A DNA stretch of 64,000 nucleotides from Octopus vulgaris. Its lineage: Eukaryota. Within the stretch, counting starts at the first letter, position 1, and every line of letters begins with the position of its first letter. Below, piece after piece: positions 52,379 to 64,000 of this stretch. Made by a program: the position numbers and the translations under genes. The stretch covers positions 47,368,001-47,432,000 of the forward strand of contig OX597821.1 in NCBI GenBank assembly GCA_951406725.2, written 5' to 3'. Under the pieces are notes generated by a model, which was not told where the DNA came from, ran no database searches, and worked only from the letters and a program-made list of their open reading frames with translations.

Positions 52379-52854
52379 CTCAACAACTTTCATCAAAGGT
52401 GTAGTTAATCCTGGAGTGGTTGTAGTTGGTGTATTAGTAGTAGTTGGAGTAGGGGGGGCGGAGGTGGACTTGGCCGTAACAGAATGAGTCGACTGTTTTG
52501 TAGAAGTATCAGTGACTTTATCATTTGTTACAGCTGTTGAAGGCAAAGTTGTTGCGGTTGATAGAGATAAACTTGAGGTTGCTGTAGAAATAGGAACAGA
52601 TTTAGCAGTAGATATTGTTGCTGTTGTTGGAGCCAATTTAACTGTTGTGTCCTTTATTGTAAGAAGTGGTTGTGAACTGCTTATAGATTTGGTCGTTTGT
52701 GATGATGAGGTATTACTAAGTAACGACTGAACGGTGCTTGAAGATGGTGTGGTATCGGTATTGATGCTCCGACGCACTCTTCTTAGAGTCAAGCTCTTGA
52801 ATGAAATCACAGATATGGAACTGGACGGGCTTGAAATGATTGAATATTCATCAG
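52379..52854 (-). CDS. PLXDC2: PLXDC1/2-like gene, internal coding exon (furin-type RVRR site and Ser/Thr-rich mucin-like stalk)
   Basis: 476 nt open exon with acceptor ttttcag| and donor GAG|gtaagg, phase 1 to phase 0. Translates xDEYSIISSPSSSISVISFKSLTLRRVRRSINTDTT...TTPGLTTPLMKVVE and joins in frame to DNHRYY of the next exon (vertebrate PLXDC2 has IEEDTDHNYY). Confidence 0.85.
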
Positions 52855-54827
52855 CTGAAAAGCAAAACAGAATGAGATTTGTCAGTGGTTATTGGATTAA
52901 CAAAAGTTCGTATGTTTTTTTATTGACAAAAATAAACAAGAATTTCTCTCTTAACTATTTCAGGGTCATATTGCCTGGGTTTCAATCAATATTTTCAATA
53001 ATCAAGAAATTAGTGAGATTTAGTAAAATAATAGTTTCTTAATACATGAAGCTAGTGTTTGGGACACAACAAAAGATTCTTATAGAAAATTTGAAATAAA
53101 TAAGAACAGTTTAAGCTCTGTAGCAGATTTTGTATCAAAGAACTAGAGAGAATTTCTGGCAGATTTATAGTTAAAAGGTTAATATTAGGCCAGGTACTTT
53201 TTCTTTAAAATCATTTTTGTGAAGGAGAAAGGAATAATGAAGTGAAAATTCCTTAGTATATTACTGGTAATTATGTTATTAAATGTGTTCTGATCAAAAT
53301 TCATGCCTGTCAAGATATTCAGAAAAAACAAAACTAAATGCTGTAAAAAATCTAGCTGGATGCTCAAGCACTTTTAGTAACAAAACCTGATATGACAAAC
53401 AGTAGTGAGAAATACAAAATAACAACAGAGTAAAGACAGGAAAGTTGTTAAGGTTCTGGCTGAAAGATAACCAAAATTCAAAATACTTTTTCCAGCTTAG
53501 TTCAGAGAATGCAAGAAATTCATCACTAAAGAGACTAACTCAGGTTAAAATACCATATCTAGCAATCCACTGGAATTATGAGTGAAGCTGTGTTTTTAAC
53601 ACTTAAGTCTCTTCGAGAACTTTCATCAAGACAAAATATCACAGACAGTTCTGTTCAACATTCGTATACACATAAATATTATACACACCAGTATTTTAAT
53701 TCAAGTGCATAGATTAATTTAATTCAACCTTGGTTAGCTTTCACATAAATCAGTCAATGTTTTATTTATTGATGTCTATATGCAAACAAGTATCTCTTGG
53801 TTTAGCTCAGAATGTCTGCAGTATTTGTCACTGAAGAGACCAAATCAGATAAAAACACTGCATCTGCCAACACACTGTATTCTTAATACATGTCTCATTG
53901 AGAAGTTCTTTGCAGACAAAATATTACGACGACTAATTTTCTACATTTATTTTTACATTATAAATGTTATGAACACCAATATTTAAAAAAAAAAACACTC
54001 CAAGATATAAAGTCTTAAAAAGAATACATGAAAAACAAATTATGAAAAATGAGCAAAAATTTAACTTTTCAAATATATTATACTAAACTAGCTGTAGAAA
54101 AGGAACAATAACAATGAGCACAAAGAGTTAATGTGAAAGCCTCTATGTGGTCATACAACCAGCAAGAAACAGTAACCAAATTATGCCCTAGTTTTTTGAT
54201 AATGTAAATGTCTACACATACCTACTTGATCAATTAACAAAGATATTTATTGGGAGGGCAGTTACAAAAGGTTTTAGCCAGAAACAATGTGAATAATTAC
54301 AAATATGAACTAATGGGATGTAAATAAAGTGGGCCAAGGGATGACGTTAGAGAAACCAGAAATATAGTGATGGAAAGGCAATCTGGCACAAAACAACTGG
54401 TGTATACATTAACTAAGTTGAAGAGTAGTTAATTAGAATTTATTTAAACTACTAGTTCCTTAATCATTATGTTACCAATTTTGGAATGCTGAAAGGTGTA
54501 ATTTGAACTCAGAACATGGACACACACACAAGTGAATTTTAAAACAATCTAACATTTTTGTCACCATAAAACAAAGCATTACTTCTAAATTTGGAACAAA
54601 TTAATTACCAAACTGTACACTTAATTACCTAATTGTTGCAGTGCTTTAGTTAGGTCATTACCAATACCAGATATCTCTGGTACAAAACATGACTGACTGG
54701 AGAAAATCTGAACATATCAAGCCAGCTTGAAACCTGCAATTCCATTGCTGTGAATGTGACTTAAAAAGTGTAATCCCCCCCCCCATATAATTCTGCTAAG
54801 TGACTGGTGAGAGAGAGAGAGAGAGAG

Positions 54828-54863
<36 letters not shown>

Positions 54864-57800
54864 AAACATTAGTTTGGCAATAACCTGGTGAACACTTGTA
54901 CACACGAAAGCTGGTGTGATTGATATAAATACCTCTGAAACATGCTCTGAATCTGTGGCTTAATGGATAAAACAAGAATAGTAAAAGGTTTATATATTCA
55001 ATACTGAATAAGCTACATTGAGTGTACAAGTAAAGTTATCATATAGACTACAATAGTATTTGAGAGGCGACAGAATGTACAGGAATTCTAAAACTTCTAA
55101 CATGCCCCTTTACCATGTCATGTCTGTGTTGGTGTATCTCATCATATTTCCAGCAGTACTAGTGTACCCTGTGTGAAGAATAGAGTGTAAAATAGTTGGA
55201 TACCAAAGAACAGACAGGAGATGTATTTATCATTTGTTATTAATTCAATTTAAATAGTTCAAATTCTGTCAGGGTCAATTTGTCTTTCCCCTTTGTGGAA
55301 TAAATAAACTAAAGTACTAATCAAGTATTGGCATGAATATAACCAAATGTTCCTTCCCACAAAAATTTCTCACCTTGCAGCTATGTAAGAAATTAATTTT
55401 TATTTAACATTACATTTCTACTGAGATTGATTAAACTTGACTCTTTTTAACATTTATCTAAATTCCAGACAGTTTCAGAGAGACACATCCACAAATCCTT
55501 TTCAATGGCCAATCATGTGTGAAATTTGTTTTGATGAAAACCTTTGTGCATAGCAGTAATTGACTGAGAACAGCAAAAGACCTTGGTGTGATTACTTTAA
55601 AATTCCAGGGTTTTTTCACAAATCCCACACACCCCAACATTTTCTCATGTTGGGTACCTTTAAAATAAGGGTACTCAGTTTGAGAACCCCTGACAAACAT
55701 CAATCTGCCCAAATTTTTGGCAATCACTGTGATATTTGTTTAAAATATCAATTAATTGTTCATCTTTTAAACCTGGCACAACCAGGTGTAAATATGGATA
55801 TTTTGGTTACGAAACAGCTTATTTAAAAAGTAGGGTATAATATAAACATTAATAATTTGATAAAATTTAATTGCCTTCGAACTCATTACAGGTTGGTTAA
55901 GAGGCAGACAAGACTTGTTAAGAAACAATAATCCACTAAATGATAGATGAGGAACCAGCAAAAGCATTATAATAAAACATTTGACTTGTTATTTCTCTAT
56001 TTACCAATTATAGAGGACTTTCAACAATACTAAAATCAGTGCAAACCAAATCTGTAAAAGTGTGGTACCATATATCAAATGACAGTGAGTAAAAATGGAA
56101 GATAGACTACTTAGCAAGGGCATTAGATAAATGTAAATATTATTAGAGGAAACATATAGTGGGTTACTGAAGATAAAGAAAGTCTTAGATTAATTATAGA
56201 AAAGCAGAGAAACTACACCAAAACCTCTGATATTTGAAAAAAATTGATTGGCATATAAAGTCTGGAAGGAAGTAGTAGAGAGGAAGAAAGTGATCAGCTC
56301 CATTGCAATAATGAGTATGATAGATAGAATTAGGCCAAGGAAAACTTATAATAAAAGTCAGATACAATCAAAGAGCTTTTTTGATGACTTATAAAAGAAA
56401 AACTGAAGATAAGGTCTATGAAAATAGCTTATAAAATGGACAAAGTTGTTAAATGAAGATGCCTTATTGATAAATTGTAAAGATTCTGAAAATAACTTAT
56501 GCAAATATATTGATGAACAGGAAGTATTTCTACTATTATAAAAGGTTACACAGTGGTTGTTCATTTTATTTTTGTAATAATTTTTTCTGACAGGGAGACA
56601 ACAATGATATTGATTATAATTTCTGATGTTTATCAAAAGTAGATGCTAACAGACAGAAAACAATTATTTTTGGTATTGGAGAAAAGAAAATTAATATAAC
56701 CGATGCTGAAAGAAATTAGTTTAATGGAAAATATACTTTACAAATAACAACTAAAAATTCTCCATTTGTTGATTAAACAACAGCAACAACAGCAGCAGTT
56801 AGTCATAGAACTGTATTTATAGTTGAAGATATCAAGAATGATAGAAGAATAGAGAAGTTACAAACCTCAACCATTTGAAATTAAAACACAGTTACATAAG
56901 CCAAACAGGAGACTCAGTGTAGTCACTAGACCTGCTAGAAATAACAGCCAAAATAACCTTAAATCACACCCTAATAGGCTAATGAAGTATCAAATATATG
57001 ATGATTGTTGCAAGAAATATGTTAAAGATGCAATGGTTATGGTTAGACTGAACCAAGCTATCACCAAATACATTCTTGAATGATCAAGAACAATGACAAG
57101 ACTTGGCTTATAATAAGACACTTTGAAGAAATTATGAGGCCAATATTGAATAATGATTAGAAACTAGTAAGAATTAAACTGTAACAATTTTATTAAACTT
57201 TCTTTTACATGTTAGTCAGTACAGTGACCATATAGGTGGCATTGATGCACCTCTTAATCAGGATGTGAAAGGAGATGGTGGTGGTATTCAGTGTAACCTT
57301 CCATAAAGGAATAGAGTTCTCAAAAAATAAATAAATAAAGTTTTGGTACAAGACATGGTGGGAAAGGTTGGTGCTTTGGATAAGTTTTGGTAGAGCTTGA
57401 GAGAAGAAGCAAGTTCAGAGTAAAAGAAGAGGCAAAAAGAGGACACAGCACGGTGAAAGGCCAGTAGTAATTGGCACACTAAAGAAATTTGATTGTTAGC
57501 AGATTAATTGCCAAATTCATTACAAAACGTTTAATGAAAGAAAGTCAGTAGTCACATTGCTTATATTTGTACAAACTTAGAGGAAATACCTACATGCTTC
57601 AGAAATTCAAAATTAGTATACAGATTAAACAAATTATACAGATTATATAAATTAGTATAAATAAAAATCTAGTATATATAGAGCTAAATAAAAGATGGAA
57701 AGAAATTATTTTAAGTAAAGAGCTGTATACAGTAATCAATTTATAGGTGTAAGATGAATGATGATTATAAATTTCTCTTGTGGGCCTCAGAGTAATTAAA

Positions 57801-59311
57801 CCATTCCATTGTGTCTTGTTTTTAATCACAAACTGATTACACAGACAGGAGAGGTGTCTGACAGGACACAAAAATATTATTGATGCAAGAAATCAACAGA
57901 GAAAGAAGCAATCTTTGGTAAATATCAAAAGACTCAGCCAGTAGGAAATGGAGAGTAAAAGGATCAGTTTACTAACTAGAAGTGCAACAGACTGGCATCA
58001 AGTTCAGGTGTGTGTGTAGGTAGAGGTGCTAGTGTTGTATGCCATGGGAAACATGTTAAGCTCCAAGCCTTATGAGTTTTTTGGCTCATGACAGGCCTAC
58101 AACTAACTGCAAGAAGGGTTTCCACAAACAGTAGTTGTCATTTATAAAAAAAGAAAAATGGTGACTCCAACAGGAAAATATGGTATCAAATTCTGACCCA
58201 CAGACATACTGACACCTCCCTGTCATGTTTATTACAGAAGGCTCTGCTTCTCTGAGTTAGTTGAACTCCTACCATTTCTTCTCAGGTATTCCTCACTCAC
58301 TTATTCATCCCCCTATCATCATCTACAGTAAATCTACCTCCACCTTCAGGCCTTACACTAACCACTATGCCAAGTCTTGCCTCCTCAAAATGTTGGTTCT
58401 CTGGAATTCCGTTCCTACAGATATCAACTTGTGACTATTCAACAAGCCTGCAAATGGTCTCCATGTTACTGGCTTCAGAGGACCTCCAAAAGCCATGAGC
58501 ATAGGGTCTAGACCTAACTATGGCATTTATCTAAATACATTATAGAATATTGTTTAAGTCTTCAGAGTTTAACTCCTAATCACAGTAATTGATTAAAGCA
58601 GTCTCCTAGTATAAGACCATTAGCTGGTCCTTGGGTGACTTTGGCAGAGTCCACTCTGTTGCAAGTTTTCAGCCAGCACCTCCAGTCAATGGAGAACTTC
58701 TCCAATCTTCTTGCTCATCTAAGGGGTCCTGAATAATAAAAAGTCCTTTGTCGTTCTAAGAGTTATTAACAAAACATCTTTCTTGTTTTCATTACAGGCC
58801 CACAGTCTATCTACTATCTGTATAGAATTATAATGAGAAGCCGTAATTTACAGGCATTAATTTATCTTGCTTTTTCCCATTTCTTCAACAATTCACCTTT
58901 CACCTTGAAAATTAATAGACTCTTACAAACTTAGATTGTCATAATAACTTGTTCTTTTTGAAACAATAGCGCCATTTCCAATACAGAAAAGATATATCAC
59001 AGCCTAAAAAAAAAATCAACTTGGGTGCGACTTTTCTTTTTTCACAGTGAAAATTCTCACATACATTATAAAGTCCAAACCTTTAATATGTCCTACTAAA
59101 ATATTTTGTTATCAGAAAAACAGTCATATACTGGTATAGCAAGAATATTTCTAATACACATTTCATAAAATGAAAGTTTATAGATCTAACCTATGTTAGA
59201 TCTAACCTATGTCAATACAGTATGTATATGCAAATAGATATACAATATGTATATATATTTTCATATACGTGCTGTGTATGTAAGTAGCTATACACACTAT
59301 ATCAATGTACA

Positions 59312-59640
59312 AAGACCCCCTTCAATCGAAGTGCATGGGATTGCACCTAGAAAGTTATTCTCCGAGGCACAAATCTGGAAAAGGTTGTTTATGGAAGACC
59401 AGCAATCGCCCATGCATACCTGCCTCCCCTCCCCATGCCACCATTGTTATCCAAGGAAAAGGCAAAGGCCGATACAGCTTGGCACCAGTAACGTTGCAAC
59501 TCATTTCTACAGCTGAGTGAACTGGAGCAATGTGAAATAAAGTGTCTTGTTCAAGAACACAACACAGCCTGGTCCAGGAATCGAACTCTACCTCATGATT
59601 GTGATCCTGATGCTCTAACCACAGAGCCATATGCTTTCAC
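59312..59640 (-). mobile_element. tRNA-derived CORE-type SINE with 11-bp TSD
   Basis: TGGCTCTGTGG A box and GAGTTCGATTCC B box. TSD ATCAATGTACA at 59301-59311 and 59641-59651. Confidence 0.9.
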
Positions 59641-59704
59641 ATCAATGTACATATACATTGCATATATGTACATCAGTGTACATATGTACCATATATGAGA
59701 AGAG

Positions 59705-59748
<44 letters not shown>

Positions 59749-60479
59749 GCATTGCATGTGTATAGATACACAGTGCGTGTATGTGTGTATATATATATAT
59801 ATAAGCCATAATCAATTTTTATTCACTGACTTATTTTGAGTACCTTTATTCTATGTGGCTAAACACACCTTTTTTAGGAACTTGTCACCTTCTGGAATAC
59901 ATACATATACTGTTATGTAAATAGACATACAATCCATACATATATTTTCATCTACATACTGTATATTTCAACATATATATATATATATATAATGGAAAAG
60001 ATGTGAAGCACAAAAGTTTTAAAAGACTTTTATTTTGCAGACATGTTTAGTCTTCAAGAGAACTTAACCAATTCTACCTAAAACACCAGCATTCTATAAA
60101 ATGTGATTTAAGAGTTCTTAGATTTTAAATGATATTATTGAAATGACTGAAAGTAATGGTTTTGTTAATTTCTGATAAAACAATGAGGTTGTCAACAGTG
60201 ACAAACCTTAACAATTTGCGGCATAAATTAGCCATTAGAAATAAAATAAACTTCTAGAATTGATTACAAACTTGCTGGTAAAATTAGAGAGATTTCAGGA
60301 TACAGGTGTGATGGTTTGATTAACAAGTTCTCTTTGCATCTGCATGGTATCAGGTACAATCCTGTCACATGGCACACTGAGCAAATATCTCACACCTAGT
60401 TTAGCAGTAGCACCATTTTTAACAGAGTCCACAGCTTTGTAAATAAATATTCAGGCCTGGTCACTAGTCCAGCAATAAT

Positions 60480-60740
60480 TTTGTCATCCCTTCCACTCAC
60501 TAAAGTCAACATTACCCTGTAAAGGGATCAAGTACATTGCCCTCACTTGCGAGTCAGCAATACAACTGACTTTTCTCCCACTGCAGATATAAAAACAGAG
60601 GCATCGATGATCGATTACATCAATATAAAGGGAGACTATGTAATAAGGGCTATAGATGAAATGAACCCAAACTCAGCTACTGGCTCTGATGGATTCCCAG
60701 CAGTTATTCTAAAAGCATGTAAACAAGTCCTAGCTCAGAG
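60480..60740 (+). mobile_element. CR1-group LINE fragment (pre-RT region)
   Basis: IDYINIKGDYVIRAIDEMNPNSATGSDGFPAVILKACKQVLA, matching the SxxGPDG motif. Confidence 0.8.
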
Positions 60741-60847
60741 ATTTATTGCTCGTTTCCACTTTTACGAGATCAGTGACTTTTCGTCACTGGAAAAATGATA
60801 TATATATTTGCATTGAGAACCACTTCCTGTCGCCAACTGGTGGTTGT

Positions 60848-60892
60848 CGCACGCTGATGATGGGTCAATACCCAGTAACTCGGGTCTGTGTG
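60848..60892 (+). ncRNA. Minimal type I hammerhead ribozyme motif with one core mutation (probably inactive)
   Basis: CGCACG-CTGATGA-TGGGT caat ACCCA-GTAA-C tcgg GTC-TGTGTG. Stem I has 6 bp (2 G-U), stem II has 5 bp, the cleavage triplet is GUC, and GAAA is changed to GTAA. Confidence 0.7.
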
Positions 60893-61054
60893 TATCACGT
60901 CAGGCTGGAGATGGGAACGATGACTTCCCTTTGCAAATATTGATAGGTCACAGAAAGTGTGTCAATAGCCAGCTGGAGGAGATGTCTTCCTCACGCTACA
61001 AGCTACAGTAGCATAACCCTTAAGGGTTAGCCACATTTAGGTGGCAAATATACT

Positions 61055-61085
<31 letters not shown>

Positions 61086-61584
61086 CTCACACATATATAT
61101 CATAAGTAAGTCAAAGAGGCAGAGTCTGTGTCTGGTTTCTAACACTAATAATTGCTTAATCTGACCACTTAGCTTCAAAGGAAAAAAGCATGAAAAATGT
61201 GAAAAAGCTGGGGACTCTCACCGTAAAATAGCTAAATGAATTTGTAAAATATTTCAAGCATGAAATGAATAATGAGCAGCTAAGTGTCGAGAGCAACGGT
61301 GGAAGTGGTGATGATGTCTGGACTGGTGGCTACTGGAATGTACTAAGTCAGAGTAGCTAGCTATTCGTCATTGACCTAGCAACCAAAGTCATACAAACAT
61401 GCATACCGTTCGCCTTTTCAGTCATTTGACTGCAGCTATTATGCTAGGACATCATCTTAAAATTTTTTAGTTGCATGAATCAAACCCAGTAAGCAGAGAT
61501 ATTTGTCCAAAGGGCCATGCGGTGGAAATGACCTCAAACAATATGGTTAGGAAGCAAACTTCTTATAACATTGTCACACCTGCA

Positions 61585-61620
<36 letters not shown>

Positions 61621-62544
61621 TACATACACACACATGCATTACACACACACACATATCCACGTGCATACATACACACATGCACTAATGTTTGTTTTTATAC
61701 TGTTATAATGAAATTCTTTTACAGTAAAGGGAAGAATTTAATACTTTTTGTAGAGTATAGCTATAATCTTTCACAAGAGTAATGACAATGGCATCAAAGT
61801 TTCAACCTGCTAGCCTTCATGAGACCTGTATGTGTGTGTGTGTAGGTAAGAAAGTAGAGGACAAGAACATATGTGTGAATGAAAAAGAGGAGAGTCAAAT
61901 AACTACAAAGTAAAGAAGAGTATGATAAACGAGAGAGGAAGAGTCAAAAACAAAAGTTGAGTAAATCAGACAGTGATAGAAGGAAGCGAAGACATAAAGA
62001 GTGGAGGGTGAGACAGATAGGAAGGAAGGGGAAGAAATTGTTTACGTGTGTAGGTACATGTGTGTATGTGTGTGCATGCTCGTGTGTGTGCACACTCGTG
62101 TGTACGTGCACATGTGTGTGTTGTCTGCTAATTTAGGATTAGCAACGAAAGTAGTAGCCATTCATCATTCATGTTCAAGCACATATGCATACACATACAA
62201 AATGGTGATGTCTGTGTGTGTGTGTGTGTGTGTAGAAATGTGAACAATTTTACATGTCAACTTTACTGGGAAATTTTGAAAATAGGGAGGGAACACTAGG
62301 GCACAACTGTGTAGTAAGAAGCTTGCTTCCAGTGATGTATGGGGGTGGTTGCATCGAGTGTGCTGCCACACCCAATGCCACCAAATTTCAAGCAGAGGTA
62401 TAACAAAAGTTTTCCATTAAGATTAGTGATTAAATTAATGAATAAGGTTAATATTTATAATGAATTTGCCATTTTCAATGGGTGAGCAGCACACATCTAG
62501 CACACCCAGAATATATGCCCCTACTTGCTTCAAAACTAGATAGT

Positions 62545-63075
62545 TTTGGGTTCAGTCCTACAGTGTGGTACCTTCAGTAAGTTCCTTCTGCTATAGCCTT
62601 GGGGTGACCGAAGTCATACGAATGGATTTGATAGACAGAAACTGAAGAGCCCATTGTGTGTGTATATACACATACACAGATGTGTGTGAGTCCTACTGTT
62701 GGTGTGTCCTCTACCAGTGCTTGACAACAGGAGTTGGTTTGTTTACATCCCCATAACCTAGATGTTTGGCAAAAGAGACAGAAAGAATAGGTGCCAGGCT
62801 TGAAAAAAATAAGCAGGAGGACTGATTCGTTTGGTTAAAGTTGAAGGGGTTTAATCAGACAAATCGGCCCTGGTGCTTATTCTTTTAAGCCTGGCACTTA
62901 TTCTTTCGGTCTCTTTTGCCAAACCTCTAAGTTATGGGAATGTAAACAAATCAACTCCTGCTGTCAAGCACTGTTAGGGGACACACAAACACTAAGACAC
63001 ATACACACATCAGTGTGCGTGTATATATACATACACAATGGGCTTTTCAGTTTCTGTCCATCAAATCCATTCAGC
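62545..63075. mobile_element. Two diverged family A SINEs in inverted (tail-to-tail) orientation
   Basis: 62545-62840 on the plus strand and 62850-63075 on the minus strand. Confidence 0.75.
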
Positions 63076-63121
63076 AAGGTCACAGTTGAATGACCGAAAC
63101 AAAGAACATATGTAAGATAAG

Positions 63122-63945
63122 TTTCAAATTCTGGCACTAAGCAAGCAATTTTGGGTGTAGGTGTTGGTCAACTCCATCAATCTAGTACTTGACAAATATT
63201 CTATTTTTATCAACCCTGAAAAGATGAAAGGAAAAATAACTTCAGCAGGATTTGAACTCAAATGTAACAAGCCAGAACAAATAACGCTAACAATTTTTTC
63301 TGACACTCTGCCTTGTTGCCTTCTATAATGATAATAATAGTAATGATCTTTTCTACTAAGGGCACAAGGCCCAAAATTTTGATGGAGGGAAGGGTTAATC
63401 GATTACATCAACACCAGGGCTTGACTGGTACCTATTTAACTGACCCTGAAAGGATGAAAGGTAAAGTTAACCTAGATCGAATTCTAGCTCTGAACACAGA
63501 CCAACAAAATATTGTGAAGCATCTCATCCAGCGTGCTAACAATTCTGTCAGCTTGTCACCTTAATATTAATAATAATGATTTCAAATTTTGGCAAATGAC
63601 CAGAAATTTCGGGGTAGGGATTAAGAAGATTACAACAAAGCTAATGTTCAACTTGTACTTATTTTATTGACACCAAAAGGAAAAAGAGGTAAAGTCAACC
63701 ACAGTGGGATTTGAACTCAGAATGTTAAGACAGACGAAATACTGCTAAGCATTTTGCCTGGTATCCTAATGTTTCTACTGGCTAATGACAATATTAATAA
63801 TAAGGCTTTCTACTATAGGCACTAGGGCTGAAATTTGAGAGACAGGGCTAGTTGATTACATCGACCCAGCAAATGACTGGTACTTATTTTATGCCCCCCC
63901 CCCAAAAAAAGATGAAAGGCAAAGTAAACCTTGGCAAAATTTCTT
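63122..63945 (-). mobile_element. Tandem array of four diverged family B SINEs
   Basis: The core gatgaaaggcaaagtcaacc recurs at about 63222, 63452, 63682 and 63911. Units are separated by (TAA)-rich tracts. Confidence 0.8.
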
Positions 63946-64000
63946 GTTCTGTACTTTACCAGTTGTAATAACTTGTCCTGTATGTTTCCATATATATATA

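Noticed and set aside
57599-57871. Minus-strand ORF with a hydrophobic end as a signal or TM exon
   Set aside because: It is AT-rich low-complexity sequence, ends in a stop and has no in-frame donor.
61222-61340. Possible first (signal peptide) exon of the PLXDC gene ending at a minus-strand GTGAG donor
   Set aside because: The frame needed for a phase-1 join to 52854 has a TAG four codons before the donor, and there is no ATG plus hydrophobic stretch.

Overview
AT-rich, microsatellite- and transposon-dense animal genomic DNA. The SINE and RTE families strongly suggest an octopus (inference from repeat content). The window lies almost entirely inside one minus-strand gene, a plexin domain-containing protein (PLXDC1/2, TEM7/TEM7R co-ortholog). 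I can splice seven internal coding exons (1011 nt, all GT-AG, phases consistent): 52379-52854, 25456-25578, 23871-23940, 16049-16171, 5098-5157, 2111-2175 and 1378-1471. They encode a furin-type RVRR site, a Ser/Thr mucin-like stalk and the NIDO-like region. I did not find the signal-peptide exon or the PSI/TM exons in the window. The introns hold decayed mobile elements: RTE LINEs (two ~3-3.6 kb copies in inverted orientation), HERO, R4/Dong and CR1 LINE fragments, a Naiad-type Penelope-like element, a Gypsy remnant with LTR, a Buster/Charlie hAT element with perfect TSD, mariners, MITEs, non-autonomous Helitron-like elements and at least three tRNA-derived SINE families. The most unusual signals are hammerhead-ribozyme motifs (including a U3-A8 variant with a compensatory stem change), a C4HC3 PHD finger inside the RTE reverse transcriptase, a shared frameshift and a shared breakpoint among RTE copies, and a promoter-dense LTR-like cassette in sense orientation within the large intron. 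Almost all ORF-track entries are microsatellite or repeat artefacts.
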